Origin: Terriglobia bacterium
GTDB lineage: Bacteria; Acidobacteriota; Terriglobia; 20CM-2-55-15
NCBI GenBank assembly: GCA_963664115.2
Contig: CAXWPJ010000012.1
Location: 256,001 to 320,000 of the forward strand
Direction of reading: 5' to 3'
DNA: 64,000 nucleotides
Shown: one piece after another, positions 18,734 to 28,595 of the stretch
Layout of the letters: each line of letters begins with the position of its first letter
Position numbering within the stretch: the first letter of the stretch is position 1
The notes under the pieces: generated by a model
The model's database searches: none
Told to the model about the DNA's origin: nothing
Seen by the model: the letters and a program-made list of their open reading frames with translations, nothing else
Made by a program: the position numbers and the translations under genes

Positions 18734-19197
18734 TGTTTTCCCTTTCCTTTCTATGCTGCCGCCGAACAACGGCGCTCGGCGTGTTTAGCGTCTCGCTGCG
18801 GAACAGCGGCCGAGTTTGCACTCGGATTCCATGGTCAAGAGTCTGTCAAACTAAGACTTAGATAGTGGGACGCAGTTTACTAGGACAAGTAGACCGAGGC
18901 GAAACGAAATTTCATATTGCCCACCAAATTGCCAGAAGGGAGCTTGCAGCCAGCCACGGTGGACGCGATTGTGACGCGCCTCGGAACCATCTGCGGTGAC
19001 ATCGTGCCCATCGTCGGCGACCCGATCTCTGACCCTTAGTCGCAGTGCACATCTCTCACAAATCGCTAAGGAAGGCGGTAAAAGTTCACAAAGACCGACG
19101 CGACCGATATACTGCGATCGATGCGTTCGTGAGACCGGAAGGTTTCGGGCGAATGAACTGGAGGCACAAATTTCTGGGCGCAGGAAGGGACCATATC

Positions 19198-20493
19198 ATG
19201 AGGTGGAATTCGACAATCCGGGCCATGGTGACCCTGATCGCCGCTACGGCCTTCACAGTTTCGTGTGCGAGCAGTGAAGCCCCGGCGCAAACCGCGCCCA
19301 GCTACCTTTTCGATCCCACCTGGCCGCAACCGCTTCCCGACAACTGGAAGATGGGTGGGGTCACCGGCCTGGCCGTGGACAGTAACGGCGACGTCTGGGC
19401 GCTGACTCGCCCGAACGATCTGACGGCCATCGAACTGCACGCCGAACTCACGCCTCCGCTGGCGGCGTGCTGCGTGCGGTCTCCGACGATGATTCACTTC
19501 GACAAGGCGGGTCGCGTTATCGGTTCCTTCAATGCGCCGCAGGGTCACGGAATGGACGTGGACGATGAGGGATTCGTCTACATCGGGCAGGACACGGTCC
19601 GCAAATACGACCCGCAGACCGGCCAGGTTGTCGCCGAAGTCGCGCGGGCACCGGAACGGGAGAACGGCGCAGCTGTCGGACTTCGACCTCTCCCCCAGCC
19701 TGTGCCCGGCCAAGGCAGTGCCGGCGCCGTCTATAGGTTCCTGCCACCGCCGGCGAGACCTGCGGGTGCCCCCGACCCGGAAGCGGATCTAAGGGCCGAG
19801 GCCGCTCGTGTCGCGTATCGCGAAATGTATCCGCCCGAAACTCCGATGATCGTGGGCGGTCTCGAAGAAATCAGAATCATCGAAGCCGACAACGAAATGT
19901 ATGTCGCTGACAATTATCTCGGCGGACGCGTGCTCGTCTTCGCTCTGGATACATTCGAGTTCAAGCGCGGATGGGGCGCCTATGGTAAACCGCTAGCCCA
20001 GATCAGCACCGATGACGCCGATCACGCCTACACGCCCAACGGCCCGATGCCCGAAGACTTCGCGGGCCATCTGACCCTGAATGTTTCCAATGACGGCCTT
20101 GTGTACGCGGCAGACCGGAACGCGAACCGCATCCACGTCACAACCAAGGACGGCGAATTCCTCAAGGAATTCATCATCGCACCCGGCACGGGTATTGGCG
20201 GCGCCACGGGCGGTGTGGCCTTCTCGCCCGACCCCGGGCAGCAGTTCCTCTACATCTCAGATCTCACGAACAACAAGATCTGGTTCTTGAACCGCGAGGA
20301 CGGCACGGTCATGGGAGAGATGGGCGGCATGGGCGAGAACGGCGGCCAGTTCTTCGGTCTGCACATGATCGCTGTCGACAGCGACGGCAACATCTACACC
20401 GGTGAAGTTTTCGCCGGCGAACGGGTGCAGCGCTTCGTGCCAGCCGACAGCCCGAAGGGAGCCCTGCTCCAGCAATTGGCCGAGACGCAGTAG
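19198..20493 (+). CDS. NHL-repeat beta-propeller protein, probable lipoprotein
   Basis: Lipobox-like TVSC; DPTWPQPLP, GLAVDS, YVADNY, YAADRNANRI and AVDSDGNIYTGEV motifs. Start moved to 19198. Confidence 0.85.
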   Translation: MRWNSTIRAMVTLIAATAFTVSCASSEAPAQTAPSYLFDPTWPQPLPDNWKMGGVTGLAVDSNGDVWALTRPNDLTAIELHAELTPPLAACCVRSPTMIHFDKAGRVIGSFNAPQGHGMDVDDEGFVYIGQDTVRKYDPQTGQVVAEVARAPERENGAAVGLRPLPQPVPGQGSAGAVYRFLPPPARPAGAPDPEADLRAEAARVAYREMYPPETPMIVGGLEEIRIIEADNEMYVADNYLGGRVLVFALDTFEFKRGWGAYGKPLAQISTDDADHAYTPNGPMPEDFAGHLTLNVSNDGLVYAADRNANRIHVTTKDGEFLKEFIIAPGTGIGGATGGVAFSPDPGQQFLYISDLTNNKIWFLNREDGTVMGEMGGMGENGGQFFGLHMIAVDSDGNIYTGEVFAGERVQRFVPADSPKGALLQQLAETQ

Positions 20494-20531
20494 CGCCTCA
20501 CCTGGCTTCGTCCCGGGCGACCTGGGGTTCT

Positions 20532-21803
20532 CTACCAGACGCCCGTCCACGGTTTACCCACCAGGAAGTCCGGATTGGCGCCTTCCCGGGGTCGGAACTT
20601 CTGGATCCGGCCGTTGTTCACCGAGGCCGTGTAGAAATTGCCCTCCTGGTCCGTGGACATTCCGTGCACGCCCCACATACCGCCGGGATATTCGCCCCAG
20701 CTGCCCCAGGAATAAAGGAAGTTCCCCTCCAGGTCATAGCCCAGGATCTTGTGCGTACCCTGGTCGGCCGCCCACAGCTTCTGGTCGCTGGTGACGATGA
20801 AGCTGTGAATGTCCATGGGCGGCCGCGGGCCGAAGTTCCACTCGTCCAGGTAATTGCCGTCCTCGTCGAAGACCTGTACCCGGCTGTTGGCGCGATCGTT
20901 AACGTACACCCGCCGGGTCGTGGGGTCGACGGCAATGCCATGCACGTTGTTCCAGTAACCGGGACGGGTCTCGTTCGGCGGGTTGCCTCGTTCGCCCCAC
21001 TGCCCCAGGATGTTGCCGTCCATGTCGTACTTGATGACCCGCGTGTTGTCGTAGCCGTCGGCGAGGTACATTGTGTTTTCGTCCATGAATGCGAGAAACG
21101 TCGGGCGGCGAAGATGGTTGTCGTCCTCACCCGGCTCACCCGGCGTGCCCAGCGTCAGGACCAATTCCGTTCCATCGTTAGTGAACTTGTAGACCGTATG
21201 TCCGTCCGCGTCCACGATCCACACGTGCTTTTCCGGATCGTAGGGGCTGATCTCCACGTCATGCGGCCGGTACCAGAGATCGTCCCATTGGGTCCACTCC
21301 TCGACGATGTTGCCTTCGGAATCCACGACGAGGACGCAGTGCTCCCACCGCCAGTCGATGCCCGGCCGACCCACACCTTCCGCCTCCAGTTGGTCCCCAT
21401 TCGGGATGGAGTTGCCGGCCTGCCGCAGCGGCAAGCGAAAGTTGGGGAATTGCAGACCGGGTCCGAGCTCGGGCAGCCAGACGCTGGGCGGCCTCTCCTC
21501 GATGAGCGGCAGTTCGCCTTTTTGCACCAGGAACACCCGGTCCGGGCTCTCGGCAAAGACGTCCATGGTGATCGAATACGTCCAACCCTCGTGTCCGGGA
21601 AGGCTCTCCGACATCGGTTTCGGCCAGTTTTCGACAACCTCGTACGGCCCGAAGATATCCTGCCCGCCCTTCAGTCCGGGAACCGCTGCGAAACCAGCAC
21701 CCGCTGGCTGTTGCTCCTCCATACCGCCCGTTCGGCCCCCCAGCACGACGATCACCAGGAGAGCTCCGAAGATTACCGCAATCGTCAGAATACCTTTGTT
21801 CAT
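20532..21803 (-). CDS. NHL-repeat protein, peptidyl-alpha-hydroxyglycine alpha-amidating lyase (PAL)-like
   Basis: N-terminal membrane anchor; YEVVENWPK, RPHDV, LADGYDNTRVIKY, HGIAVD and DRANSRVQVFD motifs. Confidence 0.85.
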   Translation of the reverse strand: MNKGILTIAVIFGALLVIVVLGGRTGGMEEQQPAGAGFAAVPGLKGGQDIFGPYEVVENWPKPMSESLPGHEGWTYSITMDVFAESPDRVFLVQKGELPLIEERPPSVWLPELGPGLQFPNFRLPLRQAGNSIPNGDQLEAEGVGRPGIDWRWEHCVLVVDSEGNIVEEWTQWDDLWYRPHDVEISPYDPEKHVWIVDADGHTVYKFTNDGTELVLTLGTPGEPGEDDNHLRRPTFLAFMDENTMYLADGYDNTRVIKYDMDGNILGQWGERGNPPNETRPGYWNNVHGIAVDPTTRRVYVNDRANSRVQVFDEDGNYLDEWNFGPRPPMDIHSFIVTSDQKLWAADQGTHKILGYDLEGNFLYSWGSWGEYPGGMWGVHGMSTDQEGNFYTASVNNGRIQKFRPREGANPDFLVGKPWTGVW

Positions 21804-22004
21804 AATTTGCCTCCGCGAAGCGACGTGCGCCTCAGCGAGATCGGTCCGAACCGCGAACTCCGAGTCGCTTGATATGGCTCCCAGTCTCAGTGGCTCAGAC
21901 CATACCCGCCAATATCCTCTACGGTCAATCTAATCACGAGAAATACGATTCCCGTAAGATCGCGCACCTTAGCCAAAATCTGAATTGATACGTGCACTGA
22001 CACT

Positions 22005-22196
22005 CTAACAGCCCGTGGCAGAAGTCTCGAGGGTCGCGTTACGGCCAAAAGGGGCTGGATTCCAGGAGACGCCTTGGCGTCGACGCGACGTCACGGCGAC
22101 GCAACAATGCTCATTCATTGGAAGGAGTCGGCGGCAACGAATACGGCCCCGTTTCGCCGTAACCCTTCGGGCGCAGGGGGGGTCGGGCCGCAGGCG
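22005..22196. mobile_element. Left part of the same MITE-like element
   Basis: Begins CTAACAGCCCGTGGCAGAAGTCTCGAGGG; internal segment shared with 18085-18153. Confidence 0.6.
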
Positions 22197-22273
22197 TTGC
22201 CCGAAGAGTTTGCAAAGAACGCAGGTCGCTTCCACGCCGGAATAGCAGGATGTCAACCTAATTTAGAGGGATC

Positions 22274-24541
22274 TTAGAAACGATGCGTATAGACCAGCTT
22301 AGACGCCAGCTGACGGTCTTCAGTACTGAAACCGGTTGCTGGATCGCTCAACCAGTTGTGGTTGTACACCAGAAAGAGATCGTTGCCGGGATTCAGTATC
22401 CAGCGAAACCGGGCCTGCCAGCCGAGATTCCGGCTATCGTTATCGTATTGAAAGTTATTGGCCAGTGACATCCATGGGCTGAACTGGACGCTGGATTCCG
22501 CTTCGAATACACTGACCGAAAAGCTGCCTTCGGGCAGTTCGATACGTGTCCACTCGTTTTCCATGCTGATGACCAGACCGTTTCGCGGACGGAGGGTCAG
22601 ACGCGGTTGGAAATCGCGGCGCGTCCCGCTGAAGTAGTCACCCCAGCGGAACTGACCGGAGAGAGAGACCGGACGTTGGCCACTCATATTCCAGTTAAAC
22701 TCGTAGCTGTGGTATCGGTACTGGTTTCCCGCCGCCAGTAAAACTGAATCATCCGGACCCATGCTGAAATCTCTTTCGAGTCTTTCGAATTCCCGGTTGA
22801 TGTTGAAGCTGAAGCGCTCTCCGGAATGAAAGGTCATCTGAAACAAGCCGAAGCGGATGCGCTGCGACAACATAACGTTTCGACTGTCGCTCGTCTGGCT
22901 GAAGCCTGTCCACCATTGGAACTGGCGGATCAAGGGATGGTTTCGCGGGCGGGGAGCGAACCGAACAAACGAGTCGTATTCTTTGATACCCGTCCTGTTG
23001 ACGAAACCCACTGCGGGATCGAAGTTTTGTTGGGTTTCGGTGAAGCCGATTCTGCCCCCCCAGAGATCGTTGAAGTAATCCATATCCGCCCCGAAGCGCG
23101 CGTTGTCCCCGGTATCATCGGGATTTGTGGCGGCTACGTAGTGCGAAGTAAATGAGAGGTTCCGGTCGCCCATGAAGCGCCGTGTGCTGAGTCGAAGATC
23201 GAAACCAATGGTCTGGAGCGCGGGTCCGGCGCTTACCGTCGGATCCGTCACCTGGCCCTCGCGTATGCTCCGCCGCGTGTAAAGCATGCCGAAGTGGGAT
23301 TCGCTCAAGAAGCGGCGCGCCCCCCTGAAGACCGTGAAGTCCTCCCCGAGACGGTCACCCTCCTGTCCTGTACGCACCTGCAGGACACCAATATCCTGCG
23401 CTCCGGCCTGCCCGGTCAATTTGACGCCGTAATCGATCCGTTGCGGCTGGCCCTCGTTCAGGCCGATGCGGCGGCTGAAGAACGCGTCACCGAAGCCAGA
23501 GAGGCCGAAGAAGTTACTACCCTCAAGGAAGAAGTCCCGCTTTTCGGGGAATCGGAGTGAAAACCGCGTCAGGTTCACCTGCCGGTCGTCCACCTCCGTT
23601 TCCGCAAAGTCCGTGTTGACTGTGAAGTTGGCTCTGAGGCCTGGAGTCACGTTGTATATGAAATCGACCCCCGTGTCCCCTGTGTAGGATGCGTTGGTGC
23701 CGCTTCCCGGCGACGATCTGGCTCGTCCAGTAGCATACGGTCTGACATCCAGGCCAACCCCCTGGCTGATTTCCGACAAGCCGACAAGCAAGCCTGCATT
23801 GGCCATCGTTCGGAGCCCGCCGCTCGTACGTTGGTAACCATTCCAGATGGTTGATTCATTCTTCCGGCGTATCGTCCGCTGGAAATTGATACCCCACGCC
23901 TGGCCGTTAGGATCGAAGTTCAATGTCCGGAACGGCATCTCGATTTCAATAACCCATCCGATTTCGCTCCGTCGCACCTGGGCATTCCAGATGCCGTCCC
24001 ATTCCCGGCCGCCACCGCCGAACCCACCTCGGTCGCCACCACCACCGCCGAATCCGCCGAATCCGCCGCCGCTGATCAACTGGTCGCCCATGGCCCCAGA
24101 AGGATTCATCTCAAAGAAATAACCGGTCCGTTCGTCCAGATAAGTATCGAACACCCAGTGGAACGAATCGTCAGCACCCAGCCACTCATCGCGTTGCATC
24201 GTGTTGCCTCTGAGCTGATCCGGTTCCGAGTCATAGGCAACGACGCCCATGTACATGCTGTTTTCGCTAAAGAGGATGTATACCTCGGTGGGCTCGGTTG
24301 CCTGCGCTCCGTTGTCCGGGTCGACCTGGATGAATCCGGTCGCAGGCTCGGCACGGCCCCAGGCAGCTTCGTCCATAAGGCCGTCGAGCGCTATACTCTC
24401 GCCGGGTTGCAGGCGGGAGGCGGCCATGACGCGGCGCTCTTCGAAGCCGGCGAGGCCTTCTTGCGCGGTGGCCTGCGGCGTCGGTTGTCCGAGAAAGATA
24501 AGCAATAGTGCGGGAACGGTGATCGAACGGGATCTTTTCAT
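22274..24541 (-). CDS. CBM9-like sugar-binding domain plus DUF5916 outer-membrane protein
   Basis: Signal peptide; LDGLMDEAAW, WDGIW, PFRTLNF, NTDFAETEVD, FPEKRDFFLEG and FFSRRIG motifs; C-terminal Phe. Confidence 0.85.
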   Translation of the reverse strand: MKRSRSITVPALLLIFLGQPTPQATAQEGLAGFEERRVMAASRLQPGESIALDGLMDEAAWGRAEPATGFIQVDPDNGAQATEPTEVYILFSENSMYMGVVAYDSEPDQLRGNTMQRDEWLGADDSFHWVFDTYLDERTGYFFEMNPSGAMGDQLISGGGFGGFGGGGGDRGGFGGGGREWDGIWNAQVRRSEIGWVIEIEMPFRTLNFDPNGQAWGINFQRTIRRKNESTIWNGYQRTSGGLRTMANAGLLVGLSEISQGVGLDVRPYATGRARSSPGSGTNASYTGDTGVDFIYNVTPGLRANFTVNTDFAETEVDDRQVNLTRFSLRFPEKRDFFLEGSNFFGLSGFGDAFFSRRIGLNEGQPQRIDYGVKLTGQAGAQDIGVLQVRTGQEGDRLGEDFTVFRGARRFLSESHFGMLYTRRSIREGQVTDPTVSAGPALQTIGFDLRLSTRRFMGDRNLSFTSHYVAATNPDDTGDNARFGADMDYFNDLWGGRIGFTETQQNFDPAVGFVNRTGIKEYDSFVRFAPRPRNHPLIRQFQWWTGFSQTSDSRNVMLSQRIRFGLFQMTFHSGERFSFNINREFERLERDFSMGPDDSVLLAAGNQYRYHSYEFNWNMSGQRPVSLSGQFRWGDYFSGTRRDFQPRLTLRPRNGLVISMENEWTRIELPEGSFSVSVFEAESSVQFSPWMSLANNFQYDNDSRNLGWQARFRWILNPGNDLFLVYNHNWLSDPATGFSTEDRQLASKLVYTHRF

Positions 24542-24915
24542 ATCGAGGTCAGTTGTTCCTGTTGTGTTATATGAAGCGACGACAAACCTATTATTAGATT
24601 CGAACTGAGCGGGCCGTGGCGATCAAAATCCACTCTTATCTCTTGGAAATCAATACTTTACGTTTACGGATCCCATCCCAGGGAAGAGAGGCCTCAAGCG
24701 AACGAGCCCCAAACTGTTGAATACGCTTGAAAGAGGGCAAAAGTTACCGAAGACGCGACCATCCCCTGAGATTTGACGCCGCCCGACGACATGGGTGAGA
24801 AACGGTTTCGCCCGAAGTCGGGCGAACCTACGACTGGAGTGGCCTAAGTTAAAAACGGTCTCTTAGAAAGACAGCCCTTCTGTCCGAATTACTCTGACGA
24901 CGCACACGCACTCAC

Positions 24916-24953
24916 AAAAAATAATGGCCCTGCAACCTATTGATTACAGGGCC
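24916..24953 (-). terminator. Intrinsic terminator downstream of tRNA-Leu
   Basis: Minus strand GGCCCTGTAATC-AATA-GGTTGCAGGGCC followed by ATTATTTTTT. Confidence 0.65.
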
Positions 24954-24963
24954 GCTTAAAATA

Positions 24964-25045
24964 TGCCGAAGGCGGGATTCGAACCCGCACACCCGAAGGC
25001 ACCACCCCCTCAAGATGGCGTGTCTGCCAGTTCCACCACTTCGGC
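24964..25045 (-). tRNA. tRNA-Leu(GAG), CCA not encoded
   Basis: GCCGAAG acceptor stem; TGGTGGAACTGGCAGACAC D-arm; CCATC-TTGAGGG-GGTGG anticodon arm; long variable arm; GGTTCGAATCC T-loop; located directly downstream of secG. Confidence 0.95.
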
Positions 25046-25048
25046 TGG

Positions 25049-25408
25049 TTAATTTTCCGTATCTGCCTCGGGCTCAGCTGTCTCCTCTGTCGGCTCGGCC
25101 GCGTCCGTAACAGGCTCGACGTCGATAGGTTCGACGTTGACCGGCTGAATATCATCGCTGAGGACGGAGCCCGTACCCGGCTGCGAAATCAGAACGGTGA
25201 GCGACAGGGATGTCACCATGAACATCACCGCGGCTACGGTGGTTAAGCGATGCAGGACGGTCGTGGAACTCCTGGCTCCAAAGGAAGTCTGCGTTCCGCC
25301 TCCCCCGAACGTACCTGCAAAATCCTGTCCTTTGCCCTGCTGCAACAGCACGACGAGGATGAGAAACACCGAAACGACAACATGGATGACGGTCAGAAGT
25401 GTAATCAT
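25049..25408 (-). CDS. secG: Preprotein translocase subunit SecG
   Basis: VLLQQGKG...FGGGG...FG motif, two TM helices, tpiA-secG-tRNA-Leu synteny. Confidence 0.95.
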   Translation of the reverse strand: MITLLTVIHVVVSVFLILVVLLQQGKGQDFAGTFGGGGTQTSFGARSSTTVLHRLTTVAAVMFMVTSLSLTVLISQPGTGSVLSDDIQPVNVEPIDVEPVTDAAEPTEETAEPEADTEN

Positions 25409-25421
25409 GACAAAATAATGA

Positions 25422-26180
25422 TCAAGATTCTCCGTAACGGATTATTGCCGCAAACGACCCCACATCGAGACTCGCGCCACCGACGAGGGCTCCATCGATA
25501 TCGGGTTGCGCCATCAGATCGGCAATGCTGCCGGGCTTGACACTCCCACCGTAGAGTACCCTCAGCGACTCCGCGGCGTGCTGCCCGTAAATCTCTGAAA
25601 TCACCCCTCGAATCGCGGCATGCATCTGCCCGGCGGTCTCGGGTGTTGCCGTCCGGCCGGTCCCGATGGCCCAGACAGGTTCATACGCGACAATGATATT
25701 GGAAAGCTCAGGTGCAGTCAATTGAGCCAGCCCATCCCTAAGTTGGCTCTCCACCAGCTTTTCCGCCCGCCCCCCTTCTCTCTCTTCTAGTGTCTCGCCT
25801 ACGCATACAATTGCTTTCATCTGCTGCGCCAACACGGCCGTAATTTTCCGGGATACGGTTTCATCCGTCTCGCCGAACAGCTGCCGCCGCTCGGAATGTC
25901 CAATGATCGTGTAATCACATCCCGCATCGCGCAGCATTGGCGCGGACACCTCCCCGGTATAGGCCCCGTCCGCTTCCCAATACACATCCTGCGCCGATAT
26001 CGCCACCGCACTTCCACGTACCGCATCGGCGGCGGCCGACAGAACAGTAAACGGGGGTGCAACGATCACGTCACAGTGGTCCACACCGGCGATGTCCGGG
26101 AGCAGCGCATCAAAAAATTCGCGAGTCTCGGCCAACGTTTTGAACAATTTCCAATTTCCAGCTATGATCTCTCGACGCAT
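25422..26180 (-). CDS. tpiA: Triosephosphate isomerase
   Basis: AGNWK, GHSERR, AYEPVWAIGTG and YGGSVK motifs. Confidence 0.98.
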   Translation of the reverse strand: MRREIIAGNWKLFKTLAETREFFDALLPDIAGVDHCDVIVAPPFTVLSAAADAVRGSAVAISAQDVYWEADGAYTGEVSAPMLRDAGCDYTIIGHSERRQLFGETDETVSRKITAVLAQQMKAIVCVGETLEEREGGRAEKLVESQLRDGLAQLTAPELSNIIVAYEPVWAIGTGRTATPETAGQMHAAIRGVISEIYGQHAAESLRVLYGGSVKPGSIADLMAQPDIDGALVGGASLDVGSFAAIIRYGES

Positions 26181-26207
26181 CTTTACTTTCCCATCTCCTA
26201 TTCCGTT

Positions 26208-27389
26208 TTAGCGATCGGTCAAAGCCTCCACACCCGGCAACTGCCGTCCTGAAAGAAACTCCAAAGCCGCACCGCCCCCGGTAGAAACGTGACTGATGGC
26301 GGCCGCCAGACCGGAAGCGTGGACTGCAGCGGCCGAATCGCCACCGCCCACGATGGAAAACGCATTCGAATGTGCGACGGCCCGGCCAACCGCAAACGTC
26401 CCTTCGGCGAATTTCGAATTTTCGAAAACTCCCATCGGTCCGTTCCACACAACCGTCTTGGCAAGGCCGATCACTTCACTGTAACGTTCAACGGTTCGGG
26501 GGCCAATGTCGAGTCCCATCTCGTCGGGCGCCGTATCCGCTACTGAAACCGTGTGGATGCCCTCACCGTCCAAGCCCCGGGCAACGACATGGTCTTCAGG
26601 CAACCGTATCCTCCGGCCTTTCGCCCGGGCTGACTCCAGAAGACCCCGCGCCAGGTCCACCCTGTCTTCTTCCACAAGCGATTTTCCCGTCGTCACACCC
26701 TGCGCCCTCAGAAACGTATACGCCATGGCGCCACCGATCAGGATGTCATCGGCGACAGGAAGAAAGTTCTCGATCAGTTCGATTTTGCCGGAAATCTTCG
26801 CGCCACCGATGATGGATACGTAGGGATGCGCGGGCTCGTCGAGCGCGCGTCTCAGGGCTTCCACTTCCCTTCCCATCAGGAAGCCAGCCCCTGCCTGTCC
26901 AAGGTGCGCAATGATGCCGACGGTCGATGCATGCGCACGGTGAGCCGCTCCGAAGGCATCATTTACATACACGTCGCATAGAGCGGCGAGGTCGGCAGCG
27001 AATGCAGGCTCGTTGGCCTCTTCTTCAGGGTGAAAACGTAAGTTCTCCAGAAGCAAGGTGGTCCCGGCTTCCAGCCCTTCTACCATGGCTTCGACTTCGG
27101 TTCCAACGCAGTCGGGAGCGAATCTGACCGGACGCCCCAACAGTTCGCCCAGCCTCACAGAGACTGGACCCAGACTCAGTGCGGGGCTGGATTGGCCGCG
27201 CGGCCTCCCCAGGTGCGAGGCAAGAATGAGACGGCTACCCTGTTCGAGTACGTATTCGATCGAGGGCAGAGCTTGGCGGATGCGGGAATCGTCTGAAATT
27301 TTGCCACCGGACATGGGGACGTTGAAGTCGACGCGCATGAAGACGCGCCGGCCGGAGAGATCCAGATCAGTGATGGATAACTTGGACAA
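26208..27389 (-). CDS. pgk: Phosphoglycerate kinase
   Basis: RVDFNVP, SHLGRP, LLENLRF, NDAFGAAHRAHAS and STGGGA motifs; TTG start. Confidence 0.98.
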   Translation of the reverse strand: MSKLSITDLDLSGRRVFMRVDFNVPMSGGKISDDSRIRQALPSIEYVLEQGSRLILASHLGRPRGQSSPALSLGPVSVRLGELLGRPVRFAPDCVGTEVEAMVEGLEAGTTLLLENLRFHPEEEANEPAFAADLAALCDVYVNDAFGAAHRAHASTVGIIAHLGQAGAGFLMGREVEALRRALDEPAHPYVSIIGGAKISGKIELIENFLPVADDILIGGAMAYTFLRAQGVTTGKSLVEEDRVDLARGLLESARAKGRRIRLPEDHVVARGLDGEGIHTVSVADTAPDEMGLDIGPRTVERYSEVIGLAKTVVWNGPMGVFENSKFAEGTFAVGRAVAHSNAFSIVGGGDSAAAVHASGLAAAISHVSTGGGAALEFLSGRQLPGVEALTDR

Positions 27390-27467
27390 TGAGTTCGGTC
27401 GGATGTGCGGCCAGAGACCACGCCTGCAGCCAGACGCAACTGCAGGGGCGGTCTATCACCGCCCGTC

Positions 27468-28466
27468 CTACTTCATTACGATCTTGATCAAGTCACGCAG
27501 GCGGCAACTGAAACCCCACTCATTGTCGTACCAGGCAAAGACTTTGAGTAAGTTGTCTCCGAGTGACTTCGTCAAAGGAGCGTCGAGAATCGATGAATGA
27601 GGGTTGCGCAGGAAATCGACCGACACCAACTGTTTTTCCGAGTACTCGAGTACGCCTTTCATTGGCCCATTGGCTGCTTCCTGAAGCGCATTGTTTGCGG
27701 CTTCGGCGGTGACCGGCCTGGAAGTCTTAACCGTCAGATCCACTATCGACACGTTCGGTGTCGGGACACGAATCGCGATGCCGTCCAGTTTCCCCTTCAG
27801 CTCCGGCAGAACCAGGCCGACGGCCGTTGCGGCGCCCGTCGAGGTTGGAATCATCGACAATCCAGCGGCGCGTGCACGGCGCAGATCGGGGTGCGGCAAA
27901 TCCAGGAGTTTCTGGTCGTTCGTGTAGGAGTGGACGGTCGTCATCAGGCCACTCTCGATTTGAAACGTATCATGAAGAACCTTGGCCACAGGGGACAGGC
28001 AGTTCGTCGTGCAGGAGGCATTGGAAATAATGTGATGCTTAGCCTTGTCGTATTTTTCGTCGTTCACTCCAACGCAGATGGTTATGTCTTCGCCCTTTGC
28101 GGGTGCTGAAATGATGACTTTTTGTACCGACCCCCGCATGTGCTTCGCTGCCGCTTCTCCGCTCGCAAAGAAACCGGTCGACTCCACAACAAGGTCGACA
28201 CCGTAACCCGGCCAATCGATCTGGGCCGGATCTCTTTCGCTCGAAACCCGGAGCGTTTTCCCGTCAACCGACAACCCGCCTTCCACGGCCGCTACATCGG
28301 AATCGAGGTTTCCAAGAACCGAATCGTACTTGAGCAAGTGCGCCAGCGTCGGCGAATCAGTAATGTCGTTGAGCGCCACGATGTCGATATCCGCGTCACC
28401 GCGAACCGCACGGTAAAAATTCCTGCCGATCCGACCGAAACCATTAATCCCAACCTTTATCGCCAT
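27468..28466 (-). CDS. gap: Glyceraldehyde-3-phosphate dehydrogenase (type I)
   Basis: GINGFGRIGR, SNASCTTNCL and WYDNEWG motifs. Confidence 0.98.
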   Translation of the reverse strand: MAIKVGINGFGRIGRNFYRAVRGDADIDIVALNDITDSPTLAHLLKYDSVLGNLDSDVAAVEGGLSVDGKTLRVSSERDPAQIDWPGYGVDLVVESTGFFASGEAAAKHMRGSVQKVIISAPAKGEDITICVGVNDEKYDKAKHHIISNASCTTNCLSPVAKVLHDTFQIESGLMTTVHSYTNDQKLLDLPHPDLRRARAAGLSMIPTSTGAATAVGLVLPELKGKLDGIAIRVPTPNVSIVDLTVKTSRPVTAEAANNALQEAANGPMKGVLEYSEKQLVSVDFLRNPHSSILDAPLTKSLGDNLLKVFAWYDNEWGFSCRLRDLIKIVMK

Positions 28467-28595
28467 GAATCCTCTCCAACTTACGATTTACTGCAACAAT
28501 CCACCGACACCACTGTGCGGAACCGGGAACAAGAAGACGGAAGAAACTATGCATGATAACCGATCTATCGAACTTTCAGAATATACTGACCACAC

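Noticed and set aside
20664-21872. Long alternative or antisense ORFs (for example 20664..21872, 5940..6980, 5985..6869, 38770..39600, 57002..57787)
   Set aside because: These are shadows of well-supported genes in GC-rich DNA, with no recognisable motifs.
24004-24075. Gly-rich GGFGG repeats in the DUF5916 gene, and the acidic NusA tail
   Set aside because: Ordinary low-complexity linkers, without the strict unit conservation seen for WSVMSLF.
24545-24960. Integrase, prophage or att site next to tRNA-Leu
   Set aside because: No recombinase ORF, no phage genes and no duplicated tRNA 3' end were found in the window.
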